From: Thermoanaerobaculia bacterium
GTDB taxonomy: Bacteria; Acidobacteriota; Thermoanaerobaculia; Multivoradales; UBA5704
Length of the DNA stretch: 64,000 nt
Assembly: GCA_036380715.1 (NCBI GenBank)
Contig: DASVEF010000255.1
Location: forward strand, 6,535-70,534
Direction of reading: 5' to 3'
Shown here: piece by piece, positions 63,141 to 64,000 of the stretch
Layout: each line of letters starts with the position of its first letter
How positions within the stretch are numbered: the first letter of the stretch is position 1
The notes under the pieces: generated by a model
Seen by the model: only the letters and a program-made list of their open reading frames with translations
What the model was told of the DNA's origin: nothing
Database searches by the model: none
Translations under genes and position numbers: made by a program

Positions 63141-64000
63141 CTACCGGCAGATCTTGGTCTTCTTGGCGCAGGCGCCCGAGCAGCACTGCGAGTTGGTGCT
63201 GCAGGCGGTGCCGCCGGGCAGGCAGGAGCCGCCGCCGCCCGAGCAGGTGCTGCTCTCCTTGCCGCCGATCGAGGTCAGGCCGGAGTTGTTCGGGTCGAGC
63301 CAGGAGGAGAGGCCGGCCGTCCAGGAGACGGAGAGCTTGCCGAACTCGTCCCAGCCGCCGGAGCAGTCCGCCGTGCCGCCGTGGAGCTGGCCGACGATCT
63401 GGTGATTCGCGTTGAACAGCGGACAGCCCGAGGAGCCGCCCTCGGTGGTGCCGACGTCCCAGCCGACGATCCGCCAGTGATCGTTGCCCCAGCCGCCGCT
63501 GAAGCCACCGCCGTCCTGGACCGCGTCGTTCTCGAAGCTGATCTTCTTGGCGGCGCCGGTCGGGTGATGGATCGCCACCGCGCTGGCCGGCGCGCTGGCC
63601 GAGCGGCTGAAGCCGGCGTAGTAGACGTTGTAGGCGGAATTGGGCGCGCTGTTGAGCTCCAGCAGGGTGAAGTCCGAGCTCGAGTTGGTGGCGCGCAGGC
63701 TCGAGCCGGTCGAGGTCTGGTTCGTCGGCGCGTTGCTGCCGCCGCAGGTGGAGTTCTCGTAGTTCCAGTAGAAGACCATGCCGGCCGCGGTCTGGCTGCG
63801 GCTGACGCAGTGGGCCGCGGTCAGGAAGAGGTTCCGGCAGTCCTGGCGCGCGTTGTTGATCAGGCTGCCCGTGCAGAGATAGCGGCCGTCATAGGTGCGC
63901 GCCACGGCCCGCTTGTCCGCCTGCCACTGGCTCCCCACGGAGCAGTTGACGTCCACCTCGCAGGCGCCCAGCCCGCCGCCCACCCACTGGATGGTGTCGA
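63141..64000 (-). CDS. S1-family lysyl-endopeptidase-like serine protease with a Cys-knot-like C-terminal tail (5' end outside the window)
   Basis: CTGSLINNARQDCRNLFLTAAHC (His), the SDFTLLEL region (Asp) and TEGGSSGCPLF (Ser). The frame is open to the window edge. The C-terminal 27 aa are CLPGGTACSTNSQCCSGACAKKTKICR. Confidence 0.85.
   Translation of the reverse strand, partial: DTIQWVGGGLGACEVDVNCSVGSQWQADKRAVARTYDGRYLCTGSLINNARQDCRNLFLTAAHCVSRSQTAAGMVFYWNYENSTCGGSNAPTNQTSTGSSLRATNSSSDFTLLELNSAPNSAYNVYYAGFSRSASAPASAVAIHHPTGAAKKISFENDAVQDGGGFSGGWGNDHWRIVGWDVGTTEGGSSGCPLFNANHQIVGQLHGGTADCSGGWDEFGKLSVSWTAGLSSWLDPNNSGLTSIGGKESSTCSGGGGSCLPGGTACSTNSQCCSGACAKKTKICR

Overview
High-GC bacterial chromosomal segment (about two-thirds G+C by eye, not computed), gene-dense on both strands. 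I can support about 55 protein genes, one tRNA-Ala(CGC) and several repeat families. No rRNA, CRISPR array, integrase or classical IS element was seen. The taxon cannot be determined. The gene content (M56 BlaR1/BlaI pair, TPR-CHAT protein, PEGA kinase, GGGAGAGGGG-type palindromes) is reminiscent of Acidobacteriota- or Myxococcota-like soil bacteria, which is inference only.

Gene order:
- 1-8.1 kb: partial AAA+ ATPase, membrane SpoIIE phosphatase, alkaline-phosphatase-family enzyme, BlaI/BlaR1-like pair.
- 8.2-17.5 kb: a TPR-CHAT caspase-like protease translationally coupled to an unrecognisable 356-aa protein, then a repeat lipoprotein, an ankyrin protein, a cyclase-family protein and a stand-alone TIR-domain protein.
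- 17.7-24.3 kb: a four-gene periplasmic multicopper-oxidase / SCO / cytochrome c operon with a 619-aa unknown protein.
- 24.3-29.4 kb: amidohydrolase, a repeat-rich spacer, hicBA and a secreted isoamylase.
- 29.5-33.4 kb: an A/T-richer cassette-like patch at the 3' end of tRNA-Ala. It holds an XRE regulator, a small Cys-rich secreted peptide, an Rpn-type nuclease, vapBC and a vapC remnant, separated by a shared repeat.
- 33.4-43.9 kb: housekeeping-like genes, including a kinase / M16 peptidase operon.
- 44-60 kb: an aryl-polyene/xanthomonadin-like type II lipid cluster with a flavin halogenase. It is interrupted by a vapBC cassette, a 43-bp tandem hairpin array and other inserts.
- 60-64 kb: peptidases, ending in a partial S1 protease with a knottin-like tail.

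The best candidates for something undescribed are the CHAT plus 356-aa pair (with the nearby TIR protein), the copper-oxidase operon with its unknown 619-aa partner, and the repeat-delimited cassette patch. All family calls rest on motifs read by eye. No database search was possible.
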